A stretch of 64,000 bases of DNA from Trichoplax adhaerens (GCF_000150275.1 NW_002060947.1:6339648-6403647); one strand, 5' to 3'; shown: positions 28,440-41,985, counted from the stretch's first letter. Numbers and translations are program-made. The notes: generated by a model not told the origin, from the sequence alone.

Positions 28440-29930
28440 CATGGGTGATCAAGTCTCTCTCAAATATCCAAGCTAGAACCTCGATTTCTTGTACAATTTT
28501 CTCCTTCTATTTTGCTGAATCCTCGTCGTCATTGTAATAAAGAAAATATAGGATCGTCAATGGGTGATCAGGCGTCGCTATTAAATTGTCATTTTCTCTT
28601 AAGGCTTTGCTAAAGTTAATAAGAGTACTGTATTAAGGTGATGATAACCATAGTATCCTCTAGTTGAATCCTGATCGTCCTTATATGAAGGGAAATGTAG
28701 GATCAGCTATGGATCAATAGGCATCACTATTAAATTGTAATTTTTTCTTGCAGTTGCTCTTTCATCCTAATGACGGTCTTGCAATAGTATCTTCTAGATA
28801 GGGCTTTGCCAAAATTAACCAGAGCGTTTTAGTAAAGTCATAATCGAAGCATCCTTTTTGAATCCTCGTCGTCATCATAATAAGGGAAATGTAGGATCGT
28901 CCATGGGTCATTAGGTATCTCACTATTCAATTAGTAATTTTCTCATAAAATGACAGGTCCATCCTGACGACTGTCTTTGTAATAGTATCTATTGAATAAG
29001 GCTTTGCTAGAGTTGACCAAAATGCTTTAGCAAAGTCATAACCATAACATCCTTTGAATCCTTATCGTCATGATAATAAGGAGAATGGAGAATCGTCCAT
29101 GGGTCATTAAGTATCGCTCATAATTGCATTTTTTCATAAGACTTTGCTAAAGTTAGCCAGAGTGCTTTAATAAAGCCATAACCAGAGCACCCTTTTTGAA
29201 TCCTCTTCGTCATTTATAATAAGGAGAATGAAGAATCGTCCATGCGTCATTAGATATCGCTATTAAATGATATTTTTCTGAAGGCTTTGCTAAAACTTAT
29301 TCGAATGGTTTAGTCAAGTCATAGCTAGAGCATCTTTTCAATCTTAATCATCATTATAATGAATAAGCGGTTGAAAAATCGTTTATTGATCTTAGGAGTA
29401 TAGTCATTCAATCGCTACTTTTTGTTGGAGTTACTTGTCCATTCCCTTGATAATCTTTACAATAACATTTGCTACAGAAGGCTTTGTCAAAGTTAACCAG
29501 AGTGCTTTAAGTGTTAGTAAGCCATAACCATAGCATCATTTAAATTCCCCTTTTTCATTTAAAGGGAAATGTAGGACTGCTTATGGATCGTTGGGCATCA
29601 CCATTAAATTACAATTTTTTTCTTAAAATGACACTTTTATCCCCATAACGGTCTTTATAGTAGAATTCCTTGGATATGTCTAGGCCAAAGTATAGAATGG
29701 GGCATTAGTAAAGTAATCGTCTCATCTTGATCAATCCTTATAGTCATTAGGAGAGAAATCTGGGATCATTATTAGTCGTTAGGTATGGCTATTAAACTGC
29801 AACCTATTACTTAAGATCTCCAGGCCATCCTGATAGCGGCCTTTGCAATAGTATCCGCTATATATAGGAATAAGCCAGGGTGTTTACTTATCGCCAAGCT
29901 ATTATCTTCATCAAATCTCATAATCACTAT
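28440..29930. repeat. Degenerate tandem array (about 140-195 bp unit, about 9 copies)
   Basis: Recurrent gaatcctc.tcgtcat..taataagg.aaatgtaggatcgtccatgggtcattag and aggctttgctaaagtt.accagagtgctt. The longer units carry an extra catcct.a..acggtcttt.caatagtat block. Confidence 0.9.
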
Positions 29931-31329
29931 AAAAGTGTGATGGAGGATTCAAAGAATCAACGGCTGCGGACTTAGTAGCCATTCACAGAAAATATACAAG
30001 GGATTTTAATAAAGGTGAACACTTTATTACAGATAGTAATGGAGATACATTGTGATAGCTACGGTAGATCAGCGTGTAAGCTGTCGTGAAGTAACTTGAG
30101 GAAGTACTACTACTACAAATAGTGCTACTGAACAAATCTGAGGCAGAAATCATCAGTATTTATAGTTTAGAGAAAGAATACATGCAGAGAACAGTATTAT
30201 AGAATTAGATAGATCATATACTATAAACAGGCTATATAATAGTAAACGATTGTAGGAAATAGCAAAGACTAAAAACTACAGTGAAACTAAAATACTGTCC
30301 AAAAAGCAATATTAGGCCATTCATCAACTATTGGGAATTGCCATTAAGTTACCCATTCTCCTTCATGGATTAGACCATCTTGATGGCGACTCTTGCTACA
30401 GCACCAGATGAATCAGGCTTTACAGAAGTGTAGACGATTTTTATATAATATTAAAATAGTAAAGAACAGTCATGTTTTATGGATATGCTCACTGAATTCT
30501 ACGAAAATAATTAAGAGTGACGTAGTTGATGATAACCATAGTATCAGGCTATATTGATAGTAATTATGACCGCCATTTCATTTCATTTAAATGACCGTGG
30601 CCAAGGTCGATAACCTCTATAAGTCTAATTATTTATTATTTGCTAATGTAGTCAATTGAAAAAACTCAGCAACGATTATCGCTAATAGCGGCAAGTATAC
30701 TGTTTAGACGATCCTGATTTCTATAAATTAAATCAAGTAGTATTCTTTCTAAGACAGCTATTTCCTTTGAATGATAATTCTATTCTGCACTTTAAATATC
30801 ATGATGATCATTCATGATGGAATTAAAAGTAACATGCTGTTTACAAATGGTAGTCATGAAAGGGAAGACAGGGAAAATGGTGAAATTTTATTGATAAACA
30901 TACAATTATCAAACTGTTTAAACTATATTTAACAAGCTCAATATATTTCAAATTAGGACAAGGCAAAAATTTTAAGTTAAACGATGGTGTAGTTATTATG
31001 CCGTTACGATCATGGCGTAAATCATTGTAAAAAATTACGGCAAAATTCACAATATCATCAATTAAGAACACAAGTTGTATAACCAAATATCGTCATTTTG
31101 CCACGAATTTTCTTTTATTAAGATGACCATTGTAGTCATGTCAACAAGCTTTTTGCAAATTGGAATATCATTTTCAAATAATATCTCGGTTTGCTTTTGT
31201 ACATTCTCCTTAAAATAGCAAATTATGTTATAGTAATGTCAAGATGTTATTAGCAATGATAACTAGATCCAATAACATTACTTTTGCTATTTTTATAGTA
31301 AAATAATAGTTCTACTACTGCTAGAATAC

Positions 31330-32900
31330 GTCAAGATGTCATAACCAAGCCTCGTTGTCAACTATATGGTCTAATGATATTGTCATTCTCCTCTATTTTT
31401 TCGTAAAGTCATTACTGTAATACGAACCATAATGCTAATTTGAATAGTCTTGACAATATCTATCATCTGATAATATTATTTCTCTCACATCTAATCTTAG
31501 TCTAGTAAATCATTGCCTTAGGAACAAAGGTACCATGTCCAAAGCTAATAACGTGATAGTTTCAAGATTTATTGATATCATTTCACTTCAAGAGCAAAGG
31601 CGTCATTTCCAACGCTAACAACGTGATAGTTGCAAAATTTAATAATATTATTATTTTGCTTCATGTGTATTCTTACTAAGATAATTATCGTTAGGATAAG
31701 AGCCAAGGCATCATTTCCAAAGTTGATAACTTGATAGTCTCACGATTGAAGTTTGATGATTTTATAATATTACTTATGTCATTTTTTTCGCCTCAAAGCA
31801 GTTTTCATTCGGGTAGGAGCCAAAGTAACATTTCCTATGGTGATAACATCATCGATTAAAACCGTTTTCCTCCTATATTTACGTAGTAAATAAATCACAA
31901 TAAATAAGGGTCAAAACGTCATGACCAATGCTCATAAAGTGATTGAATGATGTCATTTACAATTCATTATGATTAAAGCCATAGCGCTATTTCCAAAGCT
32001 AAAAATTGATAGTCTCCTCATCGAATAATATCATTTATTTCATTCCTATTCTTAGTAAAATAGAATCATCAGTAGAGCAGGGATTTCTAAGAAACATCTG
32101 GTTGAAAAGAGCCAAGGCGCTCTTGCCAAAGTAAATAACTTAATAGTTCCATAATCTAGTATTATTTATTTTATGTATATTCTTCGTAAATAGAATCATC
32201 GCTGGCGTACAAGCTAATGCGCCATTTTCATAGTCTCATTATTTAATAACACTGTTTTATTTCATGCATAATCTTAGTCGAACAATCATCGCCAAAGTAA
32301 GAGCCAAGGCGCTATTTCTAATAGTAATAACAGAATTTAAGAATGCTGCCTACTTTCCTCATGAATCTTGTGAGTCAATAAATCACTATAGTAAAAGCCA
32401 AGATATCAAAGCTAATAATAGGGTGCTGTGCAATAATAGTATTTTCCTCATGTATGTCCTTAGTAAATAAATCATTATAACAAAAATCAGGATATCATGG
32501 CCAATGCTAGTAATATGATCTAATAATATCATTTCCCTTATAGAATTTCTTAGTAAATAAATCATTATAGCAAGAGGCAAGACGTCGTGTTTATGACTTA
32601 TCTAATAACACCATTTTCCTCGTATATTTTCTTAGCATATTAACCCTGTTAGTGAGAGCTCTGACGCCATGACCAATACTAATAACATGATCCAATAGTA
32701 TCATTTCTCTTATTTACTGTACGTATATCTTAGTCAATAATGGCAATATCAACAGCCAAATGTCCGTAATCAAATGCTAACACTATGATCCAGCCATACT
32801 ATTTCCTTCAGATATTCATTAAGCAACATGATCATAGCAGCATCAAGAGCAAAGAAGCTTTAACCAAGATTAATAACCCAGCTTGAGGAATATTATTTTC
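31330..32900. repeat. Degenerate minisatellite-like array (about 65-90 bp unit, roughly 15-20 copies)
   Basis: Recurrent agagccaaggc.tcatttccaa.gctaataac.tgat and aataatatcattt...ttcttagtaaataaatcat. Confidence 0.85.
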
Positions 32901-34379
32901 TTCTTGTATTAAATCCAAAAGTGAATCGATAATTATCATTCTAAAGTATCAGCACTTCTGCTTAATATTAACAACACTGCCCAATCATACTGTTTTCATT
33001 ATATCATTTTCTTACTTGTAGTCTCTTTGACATGCGTCACTAATGTTAATAGTATAAATCAAATAATATTTTAGCTTTGTTATTTTTTTTAACATAGGAT
33101 AACAGTTAAGAGCATCAAGTCAAATACAGACAGTAGGAATTGAAATTCAATTAAAGCTATTCTATTCAAGTCCAGTGAATATATAAAAACCCAACAAAAA
33201 TAACATCAGACAAGTTGGTGGCAATTTCAACAAACAAGCCCTTGAAATATCCTATCTATGTATCCACTACACTACTAGTATTTCAGAACTTGAAAAAGAA
33301 AAGTACTCAACATTCTATCTTATTACTTTGCTCAATAAGGATTCGACTTACGTTAGCCAGGAGTGGATTAAAAACAGTTACAACAATTAACATAACTACA
33401 AATTCATTTAAACTTCAAGTTTCAATTTGTACCGCGGAAAAATCATCAGTTTGAAAGTTTGTTCATGGCACAACTTGATCTTACAGAATGATTAATATAT
33501 TCATAGAGTAAAATTTGAAAACACCACGGAAGCTATTTGATGAATCTCCTCTTTTCTTGGTAAATTCTATCAACAACTTGTACGTTTCAGTCGAAAATTA
33601 TCGAATAGAGTTGAATCAATCTCTCCTAAACATCAACTAAAACTTGATTAAAAAAGAATGCTCAGTTTAAAGATAGATTACTAGTTTGAACTTGAATAAT
33701 ATCAGCAACGATCCTATTCAATTAATATATAGACGGGCTGTTGTAGCTCGATTTAGTTAGAAGAGTGGATTGGGTTTCGATCCATCAGTAGCATCCAATC
33801 ATGGCAGATCGTCTTATTTAGTATTATATTTGGAGACAAGATTGGATTGCAATAGCTATTGGACAAATAAAGAAGTTATCATACTCCTTTTTCGATCAAT
33901 AGAAGATTGCATTAGCATCAGTAAAAAAACTTAAATTATAGATATCTAAAGAAGAAGAAATTTATCCTCTTTAATCTTGACAGAAATAACAACATACGAT
34001 CACTTTACGCTAAAGATAGTTGAATTACAAGATTAAGCGATCAAATTCCTACGTTACAGGTATTCAGTCTTAAAATTGACATAGAAATCAAGTTATACTA
34101 GAGCAATCACATTGAATAACTACAGCTATCAGTTCAAAGAATTAAAATCAGGGAAAAAGTTTTTAAAATATTGGAATAGCGCAACATTGGCACATCGAAT
34201 CGTATCTAAGAACATACTCTTATAGGAAATTCTAATCCTTTTGAGAGTCAGTACCGGTGTTAACACTCTACTTTGGTCTGAAATTGCTCGAATTTATTCG
34301 TTGCATTTCCCTACAAACCTTTGATTGCCATTTTTGACGCTAAAGGATTAAATTAGGTGCAATAAAAGTACCGTACCTC

Positions 34380-35405
34380 ATGCTGAAATTCACCATGTCA
34401 AATAATAGTAACATGACATGGAATCAGAGTAAAATGGCGTTAGAAAGTATGATCATCATCTGTGTATGGCTGCCAATTTATTTTATCGGTTTTTTTGCTA
34501 ATATATTTGTTTGTTTAACTATCCTAGAACATTTCAAATTTCGATCATCACTATACCGTTTAATATTTAGCAGTGCCGCATCAGATGCGCTCGGCGATGC
34601 CTGTATTTTAGCTTATTTAGGCATGACTTTACTCTTAAGCTATCTCGATCATTCATTACTATGGCCAGTAGGTAATATTATGTGTAAAGTCTTTGGGTTA
34701 TTCATCTTTGCTACTTATTTCATCTCTATATTTACATTAACGTTCCTTAGCATTGATCGTTACTATAGCGTAGTTAAATTACGTAAGCCAACATTATCAA
34801 CCAATTGGAGAACTACCAATGTCGCTTTCATTACATGGATCGGTGGTTTTATCCTTGCTGCACCATTTTATTGGATCTATCATTTACCTAAAAAGCCATC
34901 GCGGTATTGTGATTTCGGATTAATTAGCACATTATGGGGAAGATTTTATGCTGCGCTACTACTTATTGTTATTATTTTGATACCATTTATAATTATAATT
35001 TATTGCTATACTCGAGTAGCTAAAAAAATTTATGCTGTTAATCCCACGTCAAGCCTTAACCATTCACATCGATTACCTCGCGGCTATAAAGGCGCTATCC
35101 AAATGATTATGGCCGTTACAGGTATAACATTAATTTCGGCATTAACTATACAATCTACCCTCATAATAGCAGCTTTCGAATCATTTCAGTCCAAAGCAAC
35201 TCCTGCTCATCACATTCATTCTACTTTTATGTCGGTTACAATATTACTAACTGCAGCATTGCTCTTGTCAGTTATGAGACCCTTTATATACTGTAAATTT
35301 AATGCTTCATTTCGCCGCTGTTACTGCAGTACTTTAAAATTTTATTTTTATGGCTTTGCTCTAGCTTCATCAACATCTGCTGGTAATAATTATAACGATA
35401 ATTAA
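34380..35405 (+). CDS. Intronless rhodopsin-like (class A) GPCR, orphan
   Basis: 341-aa ORF with seven hydrophobic segments, N-terminal N-glycosylation sequons (NNS, NMT, NQS), TM1 N, TM2 D, W-P-x-G-x-x-x-C before TM3, SIDRY, TM4 W/P, ECL2 Cys, TM5 P...CY, TM7 PFIY and helix-8 FRR. Confidence 0.93.
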   Translation: MLKFTMSNNSNMTWNQSKMALESMIIICVWLPIYFIGFFANIFVCLTILEHFKFRSSLYRLIFSSAASDALGDACILAYLGMTLLLSYLDHSLLWPVGNIMCKVFGLFIFATYFISIFTLTFLSIDRYYSVVKLRKPTLSTNWRTTNVAFITWIGGFILAAPFYWIYHLPKKPSRYCDFGLISTLWGRFYAALLLIVIILIPFIIIIYCYTRVAKKIYAVNPTSSLNHSHRLPRGYKGAIQMIMAVTGITLISALTIQSTLIIAAFESFQSKATPAHHIHSTFMSVTILLTAALLLSVMRPFIYCKFNASFRRCYCSTLKFYFYGFALASSTSAGNNYNDN

Positions 35406-36759
35406 TCACTTTTCGTCCATAAGACTAATCAATATTCGATTGCGATCATGGATAAGTTGTTATCGCCATTGCATTTTGAAGACCAATAGTTTCATTAGAG
35501 ATGATAAATGTTGGTTTAACTTTAAATCGAATAACTCAATTTTATTCTCGGAATCGATTAGAGTACTAAACATTTTCTAGTAATTTTAAAATACGAAATG
35601 TATCAATTAATTATGCATATCCAACCAAAACCGCTTAAACTTCGAACTATGATCTATTTCAAAACAGAACTGGTTACTACTGAGCTTTGCTTATAAGTAT
35701 TATATCAACATTTTTTAAATGAACTACTGCCTTATACTATATTGAAATAACTTTTATTTTAGAAGCTTTCTAGAACATTGTGTACGATGTAGTAGTAAAT
35801 TAAGTGTATTAATACTCTTTTCGGCCAATAAAATGATATTCACATCATATTTGAATGAGTAAAATTGAATTAGGCATACAACCAGTGAGTTCTTTTATAT
35901 TTGAATAAAGCAATTCTGTTTTGAAAGGCTTCGTTGGATACCTACCTATTCATATACTAAGTAAAGAGCAAAATTTAGTTTAGTAATGCTTTTCTAGTTA
36001 TAAATGATATTAATATTACACTCTGGATAGTATAAATAAAGTTAAAAGAGAGCTTAAGTTCTTATAAATAAAAATGATTCTTATTTTCCAAGCTTGGTGA
36101 AATAGTTATTGCATAATACTCTGCAGATTAAGTGTAGCAACTCTCCTTCAACCAATAAAGGATATTAATATGGTGGTATATTCTTAATAGTAGCATTGAA
36201 ATTAAAGTACAAACAGGTAAATTTTTATTTGTTATACCGTATTTATACTACAAGGCGCGGTAGTTAATTTTTCTATAATATAGAAATAAGAGAGATATGG
36301 AACGATAGAACGAACATCTCTTATGGTAGCAAAAAATAGAATCATCTAGAAAGTAGGGATTGGCGTCGTATCTAAGAATATACAAACATGAGCAAGTTTT
36401 ATTGCATAACATGTCCCTTAGGTATTGTAGGAATAGATGAATGTTATATCATATTTAAGAAAAAACGCTGATCTATAGATAGTCATATATGTTAAAATAC
36501 AAAAATTGTATGCATTTACCTTTGATGGACGTATACTGTGTTGTAAATCTAACTGTTACTTTCAAAATTACGAGAATTAGTAACCATATAAATTATTGCA
36601 TGATTTAATCAGTGAATTTGCTGACATTGGGTTTCTCACTCTTCAATTGGAATAAAATGAGAATAAACTAATGTTCCATGCCTTATCCTTGAACTGACTA
36701 TTTCGCCAACGTGTATTCAAGGATATCCATCATAAAGGCGTACGAATACTAGCCAATAT

Positions 36760-37330
36760 GAACAAATACATTAGTGTGGTGGATTAATGCTGTATACGAT
36801 CGTATATTCTGCTGCTAGTTTAGGGCTAGGATTAGGGTTATGGTAACTTACAAATATAGATATTATTCGTAGTCTTTCATCTTACATGAAAATAAAACAG
36901 ATTATCGTGTTTGGTTGGTTGTACTACTTATAGATCCTTGTTATTATTTATAATCATTTGCCACTACCTACATTGTTACATCGTAAGTTTTCTTTACTTC
37001 TACAGTCTTAATCCCTGCTATATTCTAAAGTTATAAGTATCGCTGAGTTTTACTTCATATCGGTACTGCTGTTGCTATCATATTTGCTAATAGTGTTACC
37101 TATTGCAGTTATGTTATTTTGTGACGGCTACGCGCTGATTTGCAGTGACTTCAATCTTACACGATTTATAACTCGCAAGCAGAACTAGTTTCTTGTTAAG
37201 ACGTCTCGCAACAATTACTGATGGCTACTATATCTAACTCTACTCATATATTGAACCCTTTACTTCAATTATTTCATATTTTCTACCATTTTACGGTATT
37301 TAAGAAAATATGCTTTCGTATATAGTCGTT
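36760..37330 (+). pseudogene. Decayed class A GPCR fragment (about TM3-TM7)
   Basis: Translation with stops and frameshifts gives C-GGLMLYTIVYSAAS (TM3-like), YRYYS (compare DRYYS in the adjacent GPCR), IIVFGWLY (TM4-like), FYFISVLLLLSYLLIVLPIAVMLFC (TM5-like) and HILNPLL...FKKICF (TM7/H8-like), in the correct order. Confidence 0.5.
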
Positions 37331-40300
37331 TGTTGAACAGTATCTCATATTACATATTTATTATAGTTTACCATTACAGATTTAAAAATTATAAACTAGA
37401 ACAGAATGATCACTTCAGAAATGAAAACAAATATAGTTATACGTGTGTCACAAACCAGCTTCGTGACAAGGATAACGTAAAACAAATCTCTAAATTACTA
37501 TAGTCTCCGGGATTCAGTATCCCTTAACTACCTCACAAGAATTTAGACGCCTTTGCTTCTACGTTAAAACAACTATACATTTGAGAACTGCTTTATTCAA
37601 CTATCTGGCGGGCTTATACACCCTTCTACAGCAGCTAACATTCACAAGTCATCTTATAAAAATACTTAGGTGAGAACATCTACTAACTAGTTTTTCACAG
37701 TCGGACTACAATATGTCCATTCACAGAATCATTTCAGTGCACATTACAGCACAGCATTAAATTTACTGTAACACATTTACAATTAGAGTAATTCCTATTG
37801 TAAGGAACTAGATGTAATATATTATCACTGTATTATATTAACCAAATTTAGATAGCTATTTCTTCACGGTAGTTCGTACCGTGACAACGTGAACGAATAT
37901 TTTACGCAATTTATAGGAATCATAGCAATAAATTGATCCAATGTTTACTATACATCATGATTATGGTAAGCGATTTGTCGAACAAGAAAAAAAGGTTTAC
38001 ATAATTGTCCTTTTTCGTACGTAGTAAACACTTAATAATGTGTTTGTTGTTATCGTTAATCTCAGTAATCTCTAGGACAGGTTAACGTTTCAATATTATT
38101 GTAAAGTATACAGTATAAGCAGGTTAAAGGTGAATTCTGGAAATAATGATTTATTATCGTCTATTTTCTCACCATCAATGGTAAGTATAAATAAATCACA
38201 ATTCAGACAGGATTTCTTACGTCTAATCCATTCTTTTGTATATTTATTCTCAGATATAATTTCGACTTAATATCTAGGGCTATTTAGTACATGTCTAATT
38301 GCTGCAAAACAGGAAACATGAATGCATGCTCGGCAAAAACTATTGTGTTGCGATTGATCGTAATTGATCAATTTTGATTTAATGCTTTCAATATCCTTAA
38401 TACATTACCTTAATGACTATACGGTATAATGAATCATTGGAGTAATTGAGTGATATTAAATAACAAAATTTAACGGTAGTATTACACCTATAGCAAATAC
38501 AATCGGACGATATTTTACTACAGGCTATATTTAAATTCGAAGATATTGAGCTATCATCTTGCAAGACAGAATAATTTGAAAGCTAGTATTTTAACGAATA
38601 AGATACCGTGAAAATCAACGAGTTTGAGACTGATGTTATGTAATATAGATTCAAGGCATTTGCGATTAATATCCATTTTAAAATTTTGAGTTATAGAATA
38701 AAAAGTATTAAAAATTGAATGGCTGCATTGATATCTGATGCAATGAAAGTTCAAAACGAATAGGCAAATTAGAAATCTACAGACTATTACACCTTTCATT
38801 ATATTTCGTTTAAAATAACTTCGTTGGTAAAAGATACTTTTTTATTATTTTATGTTTGCAATATAATGCAATAAAGCTCTAAAGAGACTGATGCTATAAA
38901 TAATTGCAAAGCGAATTCAATAAGACTTCAAAATATTTTGCAGTAATGTTGATAAAATTTTGTGCCATATCTGGTTATTCATACTGATCAGGATATTGCA
39001 AAAATGTAGAGTTGATCAACATTTTCAACAAATTATGATAAGGTTTTTAGGTCGAAATATTATGTGATATTTATCAAGTTACCTCATTATCTTATTACCC
39101 ACTCCGCGAGATAACTCGATAACATACTCTGTTTAAGATTGACTCAAATAATTTAAGGATCAGAGTAGTGCAAATTTATAAGCTAACAATAAAATCTTCT
39201 AATTGTATGTGATCTAAAGGGAATGGTACAGTACTGACATGTTTACAGTTAGGAGACGAAAATAAAGATGCATTTTTAATTTTATTATAATCTGAAAGAA
39301 ATCAATTTATTCTTGATCATTATTATTACATCTTTTCTTTTATCATAACTATAATGTTCCTGTTATAGGGTATTGCATTGAAATATAAATTAGAATCTTA
39401 ATTGAATTATAGAAAGCTAGTGGCATTAAATTAATGCTCTACTATTGTTACCATCCATTTTATCGTACTACTATTCTTTCGACATAGCGTTAACAATCTT
39501 TACGTCTGATTAGTACTGTTTCTTTTATACCACAGTAAATATGCTTGCATTAGTTTTACTATTAATCAACCTTTATACTAAATGTTACATGTTGCTAATG
39601 CTAAGGATTGCCTTTGATCTAGTGTTGGTAGATTAATAGATGGCATATATAGACTTATAAAAAGTCATCAATTAATCTTTTTCTCGTGTCGATATTGACT
39701 CTTATAAAGATTTTTGATACGACGTACTTATTTTTGATCCTTGATACTGAATCCGAAATATTTCATGATAATACTACTATATCTAGGAAGAATTTTTAGT
39801 ATACCGATCTGTCAATGCTCGATTGTAATTTATGCCATGAATTCCTTCTTTCGTAGACGTTGAAACAAAGAGTCTTTATATTATTGTCCGTTGTAGAGCA
39901 GTTACGATCATAAAAGTCTTCCAGCTCACCGCAATACAGTAGTATAACTTTAATTAATTTTACTATAAAAAAATTGAAATATATTAATGCACGTTCTATT
40001 TATCAATATTCTTAAGGGCAAAAGTACGTAGAAGGTGACTAATTATATACTGGTCATGAGATAAAGTGGTGTGATCGTATACATTAGTACTTATATTTGT
40101 GTCCTTGGTATTACATATTTTTTCGTTTATGTCGTATAGAAGATGATTGAATAGTCCTGAAAATAAAAGACAATTATAAGATTTATAGTTATTTCCGAAT
40201 CATTAATTATTATTAACTTTTAGTTGATTTTATATTGAACAGCCTATTTGGTGAATATTACGATTATTTCCAACTTCAGTATTCAATTTCGTGAAATAAG

Positions 40301-41279
40301 CATAATTACTTTCATTGCATCATATATGAACAAAACTCATTCACTCGGCGCCTCACTAAAGGTCCAGGCCAAGCAATAAAGAGTTGCATTAAAACAATTT
40401 GAGAGATAAACATAACGCTTATTGCTTCACAGAGAAAGGAAAAAGTATAGCTATTGCCACTTTCAAAGACCCAAATCAAGCAGTAAAGTTTAGAATTGAA
40501 AAAATTCGTAAAACAGGTATACTTAGTTATATTGCATCATGTATGGAAAGACTTAAGTAAAAAATCGCATTGAAAACAAGTAATACATACAACTGTTTGG
40601 TTTAATTTTAATAAATGTAACATATTATGCTCTTTGCTGGTAATTATTAACAGGCAAATGCGTGAACTATATATCTAATTGCATATGCACTCACAGCTAT
40701 TATTCATGCTCATTTTTAATTTTAAAGGAATTTGAAGCATGGCATTAAACTTGAATGGTAAATGATTATCATATACATGTATATAATTTTTAGTGCTTAC
40801 TTTCTAGATTTTATTGGGCAGTTACATAAAGCAAATAAGGTAAATTGTAAATGTTCAATTTAGTATGTGCACTTGTAAGGTTATATTCAAGCCAAATAGT
40901 CGCGTGTTGTACAGTTCCATAACGTCAAGTAGATTAAGCGTGTAATGAGCTCTGTCAATAAAATTTTTGGTATCTAATTAGTATTCTGTAGCAATTACTG
41001 TTTTCAAATAATAATTTTGCATATTCCCATCAGTCCAAAGTAATAGCCTGTGCTAATAATATCGTGGCTGAAACTTTTATTTCAAAATAATTTAACACAG
41101 TGGAATCTGCAAGGATAAATTAATACGCGTCTATTTGAACTAGACATTAGCTGAGATAAAAATAGCGAGTGCAGTTTGAATTAGCCTAGACTTTTTATTT
41201 TTACTTAGCTTTACTCTTTAATCTCGCTAACGTTGCAGCTACCCTACGCCATATTTCTTTATCATATACTCTATTTTGA

Positions 41280-41985
41280 GTGATGCCTTTGTCTCCTATG
41301 CTAGTCCACAGCATAGGTTAGCATTAGTTCACTGCCGATAAGTGATACTGTACTCTAAAGCAAGTTGCTTGGCTCTCTTATTTGACTGCGATAGTATGCT
41401 AGTCAAGAATATGGGTTAGTATTAGCTCAATAAATGATATTTTACCTTACAGCACGTTTCCTTTTATTACTTTACTTTGGCTAGATGCATTTGTCTCCTA
41501 TGCTATGCTAGTCAAGAATATGGGCTAGTATTAGCTCAATAAACGATCTATTACTCTACTTTGATCAGATGCATTTGTCTCCTATGCTATGCTGGTCAAG
41601 AACATGAGTTAGTATTAGCTCAATAAACGATCTATTACTTTACAGCACGTTTCCTTTTACTATACAATTGGCGCGCTGCAGTCTCTGTGACGATTTTATT
41701 CCTCAAGCTTTTAGATTAATGATTGGTTCGGTTTATTACGATCAGAAAAATATCGCAAAAAGTGAAATTCGACATGTAACTTGATTACGTTAATGCGTTG
41801 TGGTTGCGTTGGCAAAAAGGGCATGTAGTACGTATTAACACCCTTAAGCTCATGTCCATTTTAATCCAAATTAAAACGTTTGGAAATTATATAGCATTTC
41901 AACAGTTTGCAGTATGGACTTTGATCAGATGTATTTGTCTCCCATGCTATGCTAGCCAAGAACTTGGTTAGCATTAGCTCCATAA
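41280..41985. repeat. Local repeat cluster, about 5 copies upstream of pirin
   Basis: gatgc.tttgtctcctatgcta(tgcta)gtcaagaa.atggg.tagtattagctcaataa at about 41282, 41395, 41484, 41568 and 41928. Confidence 0.85.

Noticed and set aside
28440-32900. Repeat arrays as CRISPR-like arrays
   Set aside because: Whole units are degenerate copies with no constant repeat and unique spacer alternation; the context is eukaryotic and there are no cas genes.
33450-34250. Possible upstream exons or extracellular domain for the GPCR
   Set aside because: Frames are interrupted by stops, and the GPCR ORF already has its own glycosylated N-terminus.
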